DNA from: Klebsormidium nitens
Lineage: Eukaryota > Plantae > Klebsormidiophyceae
Length of the DNA: 64,000 nucleotides
Assembly: GCA_000708835.1 (NCBI GenBank)
Contig: DF237206.1
Span: 58,597-122,596 of the forward strand
Direction of reading: 5' to 3'
Shown: positions 1 to 12,900 of the stretch, piece after piece
How the letters are laid out: every line of letters starts with the position of its first letter
Position numbering within the stretch: the first letter of the stretch is position 1
The notes under the pieces: generated by a model
What the model saw: the letters and a program-made list of their open reading frames with translations, nothing else
Databases searched by the model: none
What the model was told of the DNA's origin: nothing
Translations under genes and position numbers: made by a program

Positions 1-1160
1 CAGCAGAAGGCGGCCGCCAAGCAAGCGGAGGAGAAGCAGGAGTTGCTCGCTCGGCGCGCAAGCCAGGGAGACAGCGCCGGTGAAATCAGCTCGGGGGGAT
101 CCCCCGAGCAGAACGCCGAGGGCAAGAAGCCCGTCATCGAAGACGAAGTTGCGCCGGCGCCGAAGGCGGTGGAGTTGAAGGAGCTCGCGCGGCGGACCAA
201 CCTGGGTGCGGACGACCGGACGGCATCGGGGTCGTCCGAAGCGAGCGCGGTGTCCGTGGTGATCGACCGCCTGCAGCCGGACAAGGAGCGCGCGCTGGAC
301 GACGCGGCGCTCGCATTTTTGTACGCGGAGGCGAAGCGGGACCACTCGGAGGGGCGGCGCGTGCGCGCCAAGTTCGAGAACGTGGAGCTCGACCAGCAGA
401 GCGTGTGGTCCGCAGTCAAGGTGAGTTGGAGAGAGTTGCATAGTAGTGTGTTTTGCTGTTTTCTTTGTGGGGTGGATGTCCCGAGCGGATTCCTCTTATG
501 GTCGGGGTTGGACTTGTGTTGGGGGAATGCTGCCGACGAAGCCCGTGTGTTGCTTGTGTTCGCTATCATTCCTATGCTTTGACGCGTTGAAATTTTTTAC
601 TGCCGTATGAAGGGCTAATCTGTAGTCTAAATACTAGCTTTGAGATGTGCCTGCTTCGTTTCCTTAGATTGATCTCTTCTGTGTGCAAGTTGATTCAGCT
701 CCGTTCTGAAACTACTTGGAATCTTTTCCCTACGAGAAAGCGTGGATTGATAAGGCGAACAAGGAGTCTTTTCAGTGTTATGTTTTAATTGGTCTTTTCT
801 CGCTTGTTCAAACTGAGCGCCTAGAGTATCAGCTGTTTCAAGCGTACAGGAAAGTAGATTCTGCCGGTTAAACACACCATTCATTTTTGCCAGGCCATCA
901 AGCTGCACCAGTACAACCTCATCGTCTTCGGCCGCAACCTCGTCCGCCCCCCTCCGATTCTGACGCCAGAGGACGAAGGCGCCACTCTCACCCGGGGAAA
1001 CTCGTTCAAGTTGATTCGTGACAGCCTCAGCGCAGCTGCATCCGGTTGGACCAACACGGACGTCCGGCCGATGCTCGGCCCGGTGGCGGACAATCTGTTC
1101 AAGTCCGGCGTGATTGAGCAGGCTTCGCTGCTCGTTGTTCAGGATAGCGAGTCACGCTAG
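1..1160 (+). CDS. CHX: 3' end of a cation/H+ exchanger (CHX/CPA2 family); 5' part lies outside the window
   Basis: Exons 1-420 and 894-1160 are joined in phase 0 (aag|gtgagt ... cag|gcc); TAG at 1158-1160. The translation has ERALDDAALAFL, YNLIVFGR and WTNTDVRPMLGPVADNLFKSGVIEQASLLVVQ, which resemble from memory the plant CHX C-terminal pattern (ERxLD.., NLFLVGR, WSECPELGPIGDLL...ASVLVVQ). Confidence 0.65.
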
Positions 1161-2965
1161 AGACTCTACGGAAGGACTGTCATGTGCTTGACGCTTTTCG
1201 TCTCTTTAACCAATTGTGCAAAAGCAGAATGCAGCAGCAGATACAAACGAGCATTGTGCAAGGAACATAGGTCGGACATGCCCCAAGGACCGCCTGTACT
1301 TTGCCAGCGAAAGCGGGTAGGATATTATTCGCAAGAATTACGTTCTAGTTGATTAGTGTCGGATTAATCTCATTTGGAACACCCTTGCTTCTCGGGAGTT
1401 GAGCAACAGGAGCTGAAGGCTTTGTTATCGGAGCAGGGTTTGTTGCTTTCACAGATTCTTTCAAGGTATCCTCTCTACAGTAGTTTGCAGTCTCCCGGAG
1501 TTGCCAACTGTATATAGCGGCTGTAACAAGACTCGTTAAGACCCCTTGGATTATATCCGCGAGCTTGAAACGCGTTAATTCAAAGCTTTCTTGAATCCAC
1601 GCCCAAAACAGGCAAGCGGGATAACTGCATGGCAGTCGATATAAAGTCGCACGTCTGTCCATCAAATTACGCATGATGGAGAAATTGTGGTCCGCTTCAC
1701 TCGATCTATCGCTGCACTGCACAGACACTTCACACCGCTGTGGAAATTTGAATTCTCTATAGCTGGGCAACCGCGACGTTAGTACACACTGACATTGTAC
1801 CACATTAGTACACACTGATCGTACCAACTTGATGGCCGCAACGTCGAGGTACATTGAATACCGACTTGATTAATAAAGCTAGCTTGGAACACGATCATGC
1901 TCGACAATGCCTGGTAGGAGATCCGCGATCGACATAAGCTTTACCGTTTAGTATGCGCTTTCGCCTGCATGTTACTTTCCTCTTAGGAAAGAGAAATGTA
2001 GGTCTAATCGATTATGCGGCTACAAGTTGCATCATATAATCGTTCAATCGTTGTCATGCCGTGATATATCGTTGCTGTAAGGGCTCGACCCTAAGCTACT
2101 TTTGTTCCCCACACCTAGTTCCAGCCTGCCGCTCTAGGGTGATCCCCCTGAGCCTGAGCTTCAGAACGCTGCATATCTGCTAACAGGCGTGCGCTTGATA
2201 TTTGCGCGCCGCCGTTACGATCATAATTCAACCGTATGACTACATATTTCGGCGGTTGATAACCGCGTCCAGTCACGGCGGTAATGCGACATCGACTACA
2301 CGCGACTTGTAGACTTCCTAGGCTAGCTGTAGACTCAGACTACTAGTGTAGACTTCGCGCGATACCACTAGATCGTAGTGACTCGACTTCGACTCTAGAC
2401 TCGACTCAGATATTCCGACGACAGCGAGTATAACCTAGGAACATTCGACTCATTCGCCAACTTTGTGCGAGCTGTGTTTTGGAGACATCAGCGCTCCCTT
2501 GGGATCATAGATGATGTGTATGATGCATATGAGTGACATGAGATGCCATGTATTCTTCTTTTAGCCGAGTGCGCCGAGACTTGTCTGGTATGTTATCGAC
2601 ATGTTACCGCAACGACCCAGGACCGCGTGACATCGTTGCAATCGGAACCGCGGCCAATTATAAGAGCACCAACTGCGGAAAGCCTACCTACGCAATCATT
2701 TGCAGCCATGCATGACCAGTGACTGCACTTACGAGGGTCCGGCTTGTACTGTAGCTTAAAACGGCGCCCCTTAATTCGTGACCTAGGTGACCGATTGTAA
2801 GTGATGCTCAACATTGGCAGAAGAACCTGTGGCGTCATGTGACCCCATTTTGCCTGCAGGTAATTGTACATGCCGATGCTCAAAGTCACGCCCGCCAGCT
2901 CATTAGGGACCTTGTACGTCACGCCGATAAGAACAGGATGTCCCAACCCGTGACCAGCTCTTACC

Positions 2966-5900
2966 TCACTTTTGGAAGTCACTCACTCTTAGCGAGCCTA
3001 GCCAACTCTCAAGATCGTTTGCGGACAGCAGATCGCCTACAAAATTCCCAGCGCTTTTGCTGGGTTTCCCTCCTGTCAAAGCTTCCTGCCCCTCATTTGA
3101 AGAGGCCGCGTCCTTAGGAAGCAATTTCTGTTCCGTTCCGCCGTCATAGGCGCCATTCGCGGTCCGACCTTGCCGTACAACATTGGGATCCGACGACTGC
3201 CCTGAATCTAAGCTTCGCTCCAGGAACGAAGCACGCACGGACGGTTCCACACCCTCCTCTTTGGATCCATGACCAGCTTCGGACGTAGGGTACCCTTCGC
3301 TTTCGGACGCACCACTCCCGGAACCCGAATCCCCGTCCGAAGACTCGTAACTCCCGCTATACTCCGAGCTCTCGCTGCGCAACTCATCCGAAACTTGTCG
3401 CGTTTCTCCTACCATCTCGCTCCCGTCTTTCCCGTCCGTTCCGATTCCGTAAGCCTCGCGCGGCGCCCCAATCTCCGGCAAAGCTTGGTACCCCGGGGCA
3501 GTATGGTTCGCCTCGTGGGACATGGTTCCAACCAAAAACGCGGACCGGTCGGGAGCAATCTCCGGGGGCCTCGAGGCGGGTTTCGGCCGGAGCAACAAGT
3601 TCCGGACCACTTCTTGGTCCGCTAACCGGTCTTGGTCATCGTTAACCCTGCCACTAACCTGGCCCCTGAAATCCTGGTCATTCTCTTTCCCATCGGATCC
3701 TAAGCCTGCGCCCAGCTCCAAAGGCTGTTTCTCAATCTCGGACGACGCCGTCGGGGGAGGTTGGGATTCGCTAGGGGTGCGCTCAGTCGGAAAGGCTAAG
3801 TCGTGCGCGTTTAAAAGGCGCCGGAGAAAGCGGGCCCTGTCCCGAATGTCGACGCTGCTGTCGTACTTGGCAAGGGTGAACGCGTGGTGCAAGAGGAGCC
3901 GTTCGTGGGGCCTCTGCCCTTCCGATAGGCTGAGCCAGTACTTTGAGGCGAGCTCCAGAACCTGCAAAGCGAAACCGGAACATCGGGTCACTTTCCGTTG
4001 AGATGCCCAGATCCAGGCGTGGTTCCAATCATCCCAGAAGAAGAGCTAAGATCATGCCGAAAGAATACTTGCGAGGGAACGTCGAATTCCTCGAGGCTCT
4101 CCACAGTCGTGTTGCATTAATAAGAAGGAAAGAAGAAAAGGAAAGCAGAAAAGGGCAGAACAGAAAAGGGCAGAAAACGTTCTCTGAGAGATTTCTGAGA
4201 TTCTACAGTGGGCTTGACTCATTCGTGGCGCAAGCTAGCTGTAAATCCTTGGCTCCTCGAACCAGTAAACAGCCGGCCGTGCACTCTTTTCATTCTGCAA
4301 GAAACGGCTTCATCTTGGGCTTTCGGAAGACGCGTCTTGCGTGATTCTCAGCGTGATGAAAGTGATTCGGTTGGCCACAGCAACCGTGGGAAGTCGAGCT
4401 TGACAGAATGTAATCAGACGAACTGCTCAGAAAGCAATCTCTTCCATCACCAATCAATTCAAGCACAGCAGCAGCCCGAGTCGCGCTGGCAACGAGATGA
4501 TCGAAGTAGCGTCACAACCGTTCATTCTTCGAATAAAGGAGGAACTTGCAAAACGCACAAGAGGTGCAGATTTTCATTCAACCGAGCAATTATTTCTTAT
4601 CTTGCACGCCAACGATCGGGCTAAACTGTCACTCTATGAGTTGAACGATGTCGACGGGAACGGTTCCACGTCCCTTAATCTCAAACAATTGTTGATCTTC
4701 CTTTTCGAAATCTCGATTTGGAGAACTTTCGGAGCATCATGACACGTTGACACGTAACAGCAAGTCCTCACCGCCAGCTTAACCACGTCCTCTTCGGCGG
4801 CAAATCTCCCGACCACAAACCTTAGAACCACGGGCGTAACCCGCTCCCAAACCCCTTCCCGTCCGCACAGATCCGCCAGGAGCGCCAAAACCGCCGCTCG
4901 CGCTTCCGAAACCTCGATTCGTTCGAGGCCGGTAACCAGCTCCACAGCCGCAAAATCGAACTCCTCCGGACGGGTCCGGATCAGCCCGCACAGTACGGAC
5001 ACGCTCTCGGACACCACGAGTTCGTTTCCCGGGGGGCTGCCGAGCGCTGTCCGCGTCTGGGAAACGGACCCCCCCAGCGGGGCAGATGCGGCTGAGACGA
5101 TCCCCGCCCGAGAGGCGTTCTGTAACATCGAGTGCGGTGCGTTTCCCAACGGAGCTTCCGTTCTTTGCGACGCATCCGTTCCGCTGCCTTTCGACGGAAC
5201 ACTTGGAACAGCGCCCCCCGGTTCACTTCTTCCGGCCGAGCTCGCCTCGCCGTTCCGTTCCGTTTCCCCCTGCCCCTCAGCGGACTCGCTCCGTCCGGAG
5301 CCGGACGGACGGTCCGTACCGGTCGCCTTTTGCTCTCCGGACAGAGCCAGACTTAGTAGGCCCCGTACGCACCGGACTGCAACGGTGGGTACCTGGCGGG
5401 CCAGCTTCCCGAGCGCGCGGACGACGGACGCGACGAACGCGGCGTCCGCATCGGTGACGTAGACCTGCGAAAACGGTCAAAGCTTTGTTGCATTTGAGGA
5501 CTCTGGACAGATTCTGCTTCTTGTGCTTTCGTTCTTCTTTGCCTTCGGTAAGGTATGACTCTCTCAACATCTCATCGCGGGGCTTCGGAGCAGGCTGGCC
5601 GCTAAGGCACGTCTGCTCAGCCCCTACTAAATCAAATCACGACGAGTCACACCTTTCTCACTTTTCAAGAAGTAAGACGAATGTTTGCGTAATCTTGTTC
5701 TTACCTTTCACTGGGCTTCGTAACATACTAGATACAAGCATTAACCTAACCTTCCCTACTCGAGGCGCAACGACTTACGGCCATTTAGAACCAAAGGCCT
5801 GTGGGCGGACAGATTGTACTTGAAAAGTGCTTTCAGCATGCCCTAGATAGCGGTTCGAAAAGAGGACACGTCGAAAAGGGGTTCTCAGAATATTGGTGGT

Positions 5901-8900
5901 AACACGCTGGCCAGCCTATATAAGCAAGCTAAACAATCCTGCTGCCTTGAGTCGCCACACTGTCTTTCTTCGTCTTGACCACATTCCCACGACAAGCTCT
6001 TGATTCTAAATGACGCACAGCAGCTTGCCTCACCTGTAGCTCCTTCAGAACCGAGTTCACGCTCCCCTCTCCCGCCACGGTAGTCAATACCTCCAGCTTC
6101 AGCTTCCGCACAAACAGGGGGTCCCCCGCCCTCACAAAGAACCGCCGGACCTCCCCCCGAAAGAGAGACGGGCGCTCCCGGGCCATAGTCGCGATCGCGC
6201 TTAGCGCTAGGTATTGCGTCTCCCGGGGGGATGACCTCAGCAGGAACGTCAGCGGTTTCACGACCCGGGGCAACTCTTCCGGGAGGGCCAGATGCCAGTG
6301 CAGAACGGCGGCCCCCAAAACCACCCCGCTGTTGCGACTGGTCAGCAGGGGGGAGGAGCAGTACAGCAGGAGGCGCAGCTCGGGGGGTACGGAATCGTTG
6401 GCGCCGGCACCCCCCTGGAAAGAAAGTTCCGGCGCAGTGGCTTCGTGTAATGAGTCCGGCCTGACGATTGCCGGCAGGGGGTCCGGTACGCCCGCGTAAC
6501 CAACCCCCCGAGGCTCTCCACCGCCTTCGAAGTAGAAGCTCTCAACAGACGCAGATTCGGACGGAGCCGAAACCGCGCTACTCCTTCGCCGGTCCAGGGG
6601 TTCCCGGTTTGCGAAGTTGCCGTCAAGCTTTTCTCCACGGGTTGTTGTGCGACCCCTCGAAGTGCCTGGTCCATCCATACTCCGACCTTCAACCCCGCCT
6701 TGCCGATGCGTCTCACCTTCTGGAGCCCCATCATTTCTCACTTCGTTCACACCCGTCTTGGAGCCTCCCTCGCCATCACGCCCCTCCCTTCCATCGCCTA
6801 ACCCGCTTCTTAACCCGTCTCTGACCACACTTCCCAAGGAACTCCCAACCCGCTCCTGACCGGCTTCTCCCGATTCGGGGGGGTGGGGAAACATGACCCG
6901 GGCGCACCGCAGCAGGGCATCCAGCACGACGATCTGCCCCCACTCCTCGAGGTCCGGCAGCATTTGGCACAGCCGCGGAAAGTGCCGAGCGAACGCGCCG
7001 AGCGTGTCTGGGGCGACGGAGCGCAGGGCCGCGGCGGCGGAGCCGACGACGGACGGGGACGCGTCGCCCAGGAGGGTGGTCAGGACGGCCTGCGGGGAGG
7101 ATGACGTCAGCAGAGGGACGATGACGTCAGCAGAGTTGTCGCCGACTAGTTTCAACCCTCCTTTTGAGTTTTGCTCTTGATTGGCTTATCCCGCGGACAG
7201 GTAAGGGACTATGAATGAAGGCAAGCTTTGGCTCAGGAGGGCAGTGAGATGGTTATGAAGAACGAGACTTGTCCAGGTCGGTTTTTGTTTGGAAATTTAC
7301 CAGAAAATAATATGCGAAGCGAGGACCTCTGGACGTGTCGTCTGACCGGACATGAGGTGGCATCGACCACAGCACATTGCCAAGTAAAGAACAGCTGATG
7401 GATTCGCAGTAAATGTTGTATCGGCTCACTAACATACTGACGTCAGTACGTTTCATATTGTTTTACCACAAGTACCACCCCCAGCCAGCTTTACACTTGC
7501 TTTCCTGACGTCAGTGGTTTACTGCAAAACAACAGTTAACCCTTACACTATCATCAGTATCACTGATCAATGGTGCCACGTTTGAATACTAACTTAGACT
7601 TGGCCTTACCTCCATCGGAGGCCCATATTGGACAGGGTCGAGGGAGTGAAGCTTGAGCACCGCGTGTGCTGCGCACCGGCGCACATATGCGGAGGCATCC
7701 CTGGAGCATTTCTGAAATCACAAACATGGAAACATTTTGTTGGTGACACCTTTTTTGTGGACACTGATGAAAACCCCAACACACAACGAGAGACATGCTT
7801 TCAAGCGACAGCAGTGGACTCGGGCTGCCAGTATTTCGACACCACCAGACGAAAGAGACATCTCTCAACTCAGATGGATGAGCGCAGTTCATCGACGCAT
7901 GGGAATGCATCCATACTTATCTCCACAGGCACAAGTGCAATACTTACTAACCAGAATAGCAAGCGCGAGCAAGCGCAGACGGAATCAGGCTCACTTGAAC
8001 AGCAAGCACGGCCAGAGGCGCCGCCACTCTAACCCGGATGCCAGTCAGGGCGCGAAGAGCCAAGGCCCTCACGGTGGGGTCTGGGTTTGAGAGGTCCTTC
8101 TGGAGTGTGTTGATTGCTAGAAGGGCCTCGTCGGGTTTCTTCTCCGCATAGTGCACGAGATACATGTACACCAGCTTCTTGACTTCCAGGGACGGGGTGG
8201 CGACGTTCTTAACGACCTGGGAGAGACGTGACATTCTTGTTTGGTGAAAGCTTTGGTTTTCTGATTCAGAAACTATTTTTGAATATGGATTCTGCACGAG
8301 CGCAAGGAAGCTTTAGGAGCGGAAGAATATGAAGTGCTGAAAACCAGATGGCGATACTGAAGTCTGGCTAAAGCTTCATGAAGTGAATCAGCGGAGAAGG
8401 AGACCGCTGCTCGTGGAGCATTCAGATCAAAAAGTAGACTCTCTCTATGCAGAACATACCCAACCGACTCTAAGACTTCCCCAGTCAGTGGGATTCCTCA
8501 AAAGGCATTTGACGCATCTTCTAATCACCTCCCAGTGTTTGGCTGGCACCACCGTCCGTTTCTGCGAATTTTGGCATCTGGACTCTGAACCAAAGGGCGC
8601 AAAAGCAATCACGCATCCACGCTGATCGCACAGTCCTCTTGCGATTGCACCATTAGACACACAAATTACTACGCAATTGGAGGACTCACGGAATGCACCA
8701 TACACAAGAGGCCAGTTGATTGTTCTTGATACTGGTCATTCCTCGCAAAGGCTTCCCCTCTCGTAAGGAGATAAGGCATAAAGAAGGAGACAGACGATGC
8801 TCTTGACATCACTAAAAGATACTCAAATCAGTGGCATACTTTGTCATAAGGATAACGAGATCACACCATCAACGAAAAGTTTCAGAATGCTTGTCCTGGA

Positions 8901-9258
8901 ACGAACATTAACCTTCTGTGCAGATTCTATCTAGTCCCTGACACTTGTCCAAGCGGGGGCACAAACAAACACTTCATCCTAAAGAGGTTCAAAAAGAGGT
9001 TGAAAAAGTCACACCACCACCAAAGCACACCTGAGGAAAGTACTCCGACACATCTTTGCCAAGATTGATCAGCGCAATCGTGCGCTTGAGCCCTTCAACT
9101 TTTTCCTCGACGTAGCGGCTTTCCAGAAGGGGCGGAATTGCCCTCTCCTCCGGTTCATCGATATACGCAGCATCCGAACCGACCCGGCTGAGCAGAGATC
9201 CGGCCCGCAAGAGGGACAAGGCCGCTGCATTGCCCGCGGAGCTGGTCCAAGCTTGCAT
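2966..9258 (-). CDS. AP3B: AP-3 adaptor complex beta subunit
   Basis: Exons approx. 9258-9031, 8216-7995, 7711-7610, 7089-6034, 5464-4772, 3961-2966 (or donor at 2987). Adaptin-N motifs: PQVVKNVATPSLEVKKLVYMYLVHYAEKKPDEALLAINTLQKDL, VRALALRALTGIR, LLGDASPSVVGSAAAAL, EWGQIV, AKYDSSVDIRDRAR, DLESWL. N-terminus RVGSDAAYIDEPE resembles plant AP3B. 3' end uncertain. Confidence 0.93.
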
Positions 9259-9571
9259 CCTTGACCAATTCTTGAAGATGATCTCAACCTACTTTGTCAC
9301 AGGATTGTGCGCGAAATTACATGCTTCAACTGGACGAGAAGAAGAACCCTGATCGTCATGCTCCCAAAAAAGTGGATCTGAATATGGTGCTCTCAATGTT
9401 CCAAGCGCACAGCTTCTTCCAAACAAAAAGATGTTGGCTGAAATGTTTTCCCTTCCCTGGCACCAGCGTTCCTATTACATAGCATTAAACCAGAGTCAGG
9501 GGACTTCTAGACTTCGAAATGCCATTGCAAAACCTGAGCAGCCTGCTACTAGTAGGTAGTACAGGTCGTTG

Positions 9572-9580
9572 AAACCCTAA
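9572..9580 (+). promoter_or_regulatory. Telo-box (AAACCCTAA) in the divergent AP3B/LCYB promoter
   Basis: Exact AAACCCTAA between the head-to-head start codons at 9258 (-) and 9978 (+). Function inferred from the known plant telo-box. Confidence 0.35.
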
Positions 9581-9977
9581 CATCTCTGTTTTGGTGCACC
9601 CCCCCGGGTGCAGACCTGGTATGTTTGATAGCGCGCGGTACTCATGCAGGCAGGTTCTTCGCAGCCCCCTTTGTTTGTCCGAAAAGTTGCACCCCCTGGT
9701 GAATGCTTACCTTGTAATTCCATAAGGCCCCCCCTACTCGCGTAGTGGAGCTTTTGTTACTACGGTACTCTAGGCAGAGACATGGGAGAAGAGAACGGTG
9801 GTTACAACTCCAAAGAAGAGAGGAGCCCTGCTGCCCTGGGCGGTCGCTTTTTAAAAGGCTCCATGCCCTGCATGGCTCTGTAGCGCAGGGAAAGGGTTGG
9901 GGCCGCTGGCTGGAAGCGGCGTTGTAATGGCTGGCTGTCTTTGTTGAAGGCGCTGCCAAGACACGTGATTCGTCGCA

Positions 9978-12900
9978 ATGGCTCAAGCAGCGGCAAGGTT
10001 CTCGTCTGCTGGGACTGTCCTTACTCCCGTTGGACAGCACGTCTCGTCATCTGAAGCCTGGCGGGGCACAGGAAAGGCAGCAAAACCCGCCCGCGCATCC
10101 CTCAAGGAATGCAATAAATTTCTTAGGGGTTCATTTCCAGGGAACGTATTGAAGGTCGACTCTTTGACACATCGTCAGCCAGTCACTTCGCAGAGGTCGT
10201 TAGGAGCTCGCGCCCGAGTCGCTACAAAAGGAGAGGTGAACGTTGGGGAGGAGATACGGCTGCTAGCGCGGTATCCCGACCTTCTCAAGCGACAGGAGCT
10301 GGACATTGAGTTGCCTATGCACCAACCCCGCTCGGGCAATGATAGTCTCCTAGATATCCTAGTGGTAGGGGCGGGGCCTGCCGGCCTATCTGTTGCGCAA
10401 CGAGCCTCTGCTGCGGGTTTGAGGGTTTGCTGCGTTGATCCAGGGCCAAAGTCGATCTGGCCCAATAACTATGGGGTGTGGATCGACGAGTTTGAGGCAA
10501 TGGGGTTGACGGACTGCTTAGACTATACATGGCCGAAGGCGCGGGTGTGGCTGGACGGGTCAGATAAGCGGAGCTTGGACCGGCCGTATGGGAGGGTGAA
10601 CAGGAACAGGCTAAAAACAAAGCTCTTGGAGGGGTGCGCTGCGAACGGAGTAACCTTTTACGAGGCTAAGGTGCGCCTGCATTGCTGCGGCAAGCTTTTG
10701 TGCATCTGCAAATTTTAGAAAGCGCTTTCAATGCGCCGTGCGCAACAGAGACCCCAAGCATTGCGCTGGCATTGACAGCATCGCAATCAAGTAAACTTCT
10801 CGGTTTCCATTCTCTAAGGGCGCCGATCGGAAAGTTTACATGAGAGTTCCCTGCTTTCTAGGGTTATCCTTGTCAGGCTGCGAAAACTATCCTTAAAAGT
10901 AGCAAGCGCTTTCCAAGGTCAGGCCCCTCTTGCAACGACAGCTCCACCTCAGTGTAGGAACGTCTGGTCGTCTTTATTCTGACGAAGGGCAAACTGTCAA
11001 GATGCCCCAGAGGAGCTTCTCTCGGAGCTATGGCACTCTCACAACACAAGCCCGAGACTTTCACGAAGAGGAAGTGTCGTCCGCAATCGGCAGAATGGAT
11101 TCTCCTGTGCACCAATCGCACTTGCCTCGGTTGCAGGGTATCCGGAGAGGACCTGGTTTGTTCCAATAGACAAACTCACAAGCCCCATACTCTTTTTCAT
11201 CCCAGGTAGAAGGAGTCGTTCACGATGATGCAATCTCAACGATCACGTGCAGCAACGGCACGGTTCTTTCAGCGCGCGTTGTCGTGGACGCGAGCGGCCA
11301 CTCTCGGAGCCTGGTCAAGTATGACCAGCCGTTTGATCCAGGGTATCAGGTGGCATATGGGGTTTTGGCAGAGGTACGGCGCTTCCTATGATGGTGGTCT
11401 TTTTGGTTTCAAAATGTTTTTCCTGAGGACCAGATGATTCACGAAAGGAAGGGAGACAAGCTCAATTACTCACTGCCTCCTTGACTTACTGATTCCTTGA
11501 CTATAAGCCCTGCAGTTCTCTGTTGATGCGCGGAAGCATGTGAGGCGCTAGCAGCGTAGGTCTTCCGAGAGTCGTTTTGTGTCATAGCGCTAGCAGCGTA
11601 GGTCTTCCGAGTGAAAGACCTCGGAAGGTCTTTTGTGACATAGCGCCTTCAAGCAGAAGCTTGCACGAGCCAGCGGCCTTCACAATATTCGAATCAAGCT
11701 CAAAACATTTGTCAGCAGCCAAGTTCGGCAAAGGGTCAAATGAGGCACAGCATCTGTAAAGACTGATATCAACGGGCCCGCTCAATTCATCTTTACTTCG
11801 AATCTCAATTGCTGGAACAGCTGACATACCAGACTGGATTCCTTGAATGTGTGCTCAATCGACCAATTTGCACGAGACCCTGTCCTCAGTGGGGATAGGC
11901 CGTACACTTCAGGGCCGTCAGGCTTTGGCCAGCTGTGATGAAACATCACATGTTGTGCTTCATACAACGCAGCCGAAGGACTTGGTTTTTACGCTAACCA
12001 AGTTCGCCTCTAAATCTGGTCTTTGTTTTGACTGGAGTCAGTGCTTGGCTCTGTCCAAGAAAAGCCATCGACCTGCCTTCGAACAGTGACTCTCCGAAGT
12101 TCTCCCTGTAGGCTGACATAATGAAGCCTGATGTCGACGTTACTTTCACAATTGCAGGTGAAGAGCCACCCTCTAGAACAGGACGCTATGCTCTTCATGG
12201 ACTGGAGAGATACGCACTTAGATCCGGATCCGCAGATGAAGCAGCGGAACAAGGAGCTGCCAACCTTCCTGTATGCCATGCCGCTCACTCCTACCAAAAT
12301 CTTCTTAGGTGAGCTGTCTGAGCCCACGAAGATCAGAATCGGGGTATAAATCTAGGATCTCGGTATTCCCGCTAACTTAGTAATCCTGGTGTTGCTAGTG
12401 CATTCGATGTCACCAACTTATGGCCGATAGAACGTGGAGGCCCATTGGCTATATCAGAACTGTATAGACGATTGCTTTTGCTGCATTGCACCCGAAACCC
12501 AAGAGTAGTTCAGACCGGAGCCTGAGCCTTCGACACCCAAGCAGGAATGCTCTCAGTTCGGGGCGTTTCTTTGACCCGGGCATACAGCTGTAACCTCAAA
12601 AGCATGATCTTTAACACCAACAATTCTGCACGAACGACTTTGCCCAGGCCGGACAAGAGTCTGTATTATTACACACCGCATATTAGCGTCTTCTTTTGTT
12701 GCAGAGGAGACTTCTCTCGTGGCTCGGCCCGGCATTCCCTTCGAGGAGGTCATGGCGCGGTTCGATCTGCGGATGAAGCACCTGGGGATCGAAATATTGG
12801 GGGCGGAAGAGGAGGAGTAAGTCCTTGCTTCTGCGAGCAGGTCGCGTCTAGCTCCTCTCCAACGCGTTTTTTCATCGAGTTCGGCATCAGCAAAATGAAC

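Noticed and set aside
3269-7180. Many long GC-rich ORFs antisense to or overlapping AP3B exons
   Set aside because: Shadow ORFs of GC-rich coding sequence; the AP3B frame explains the region.
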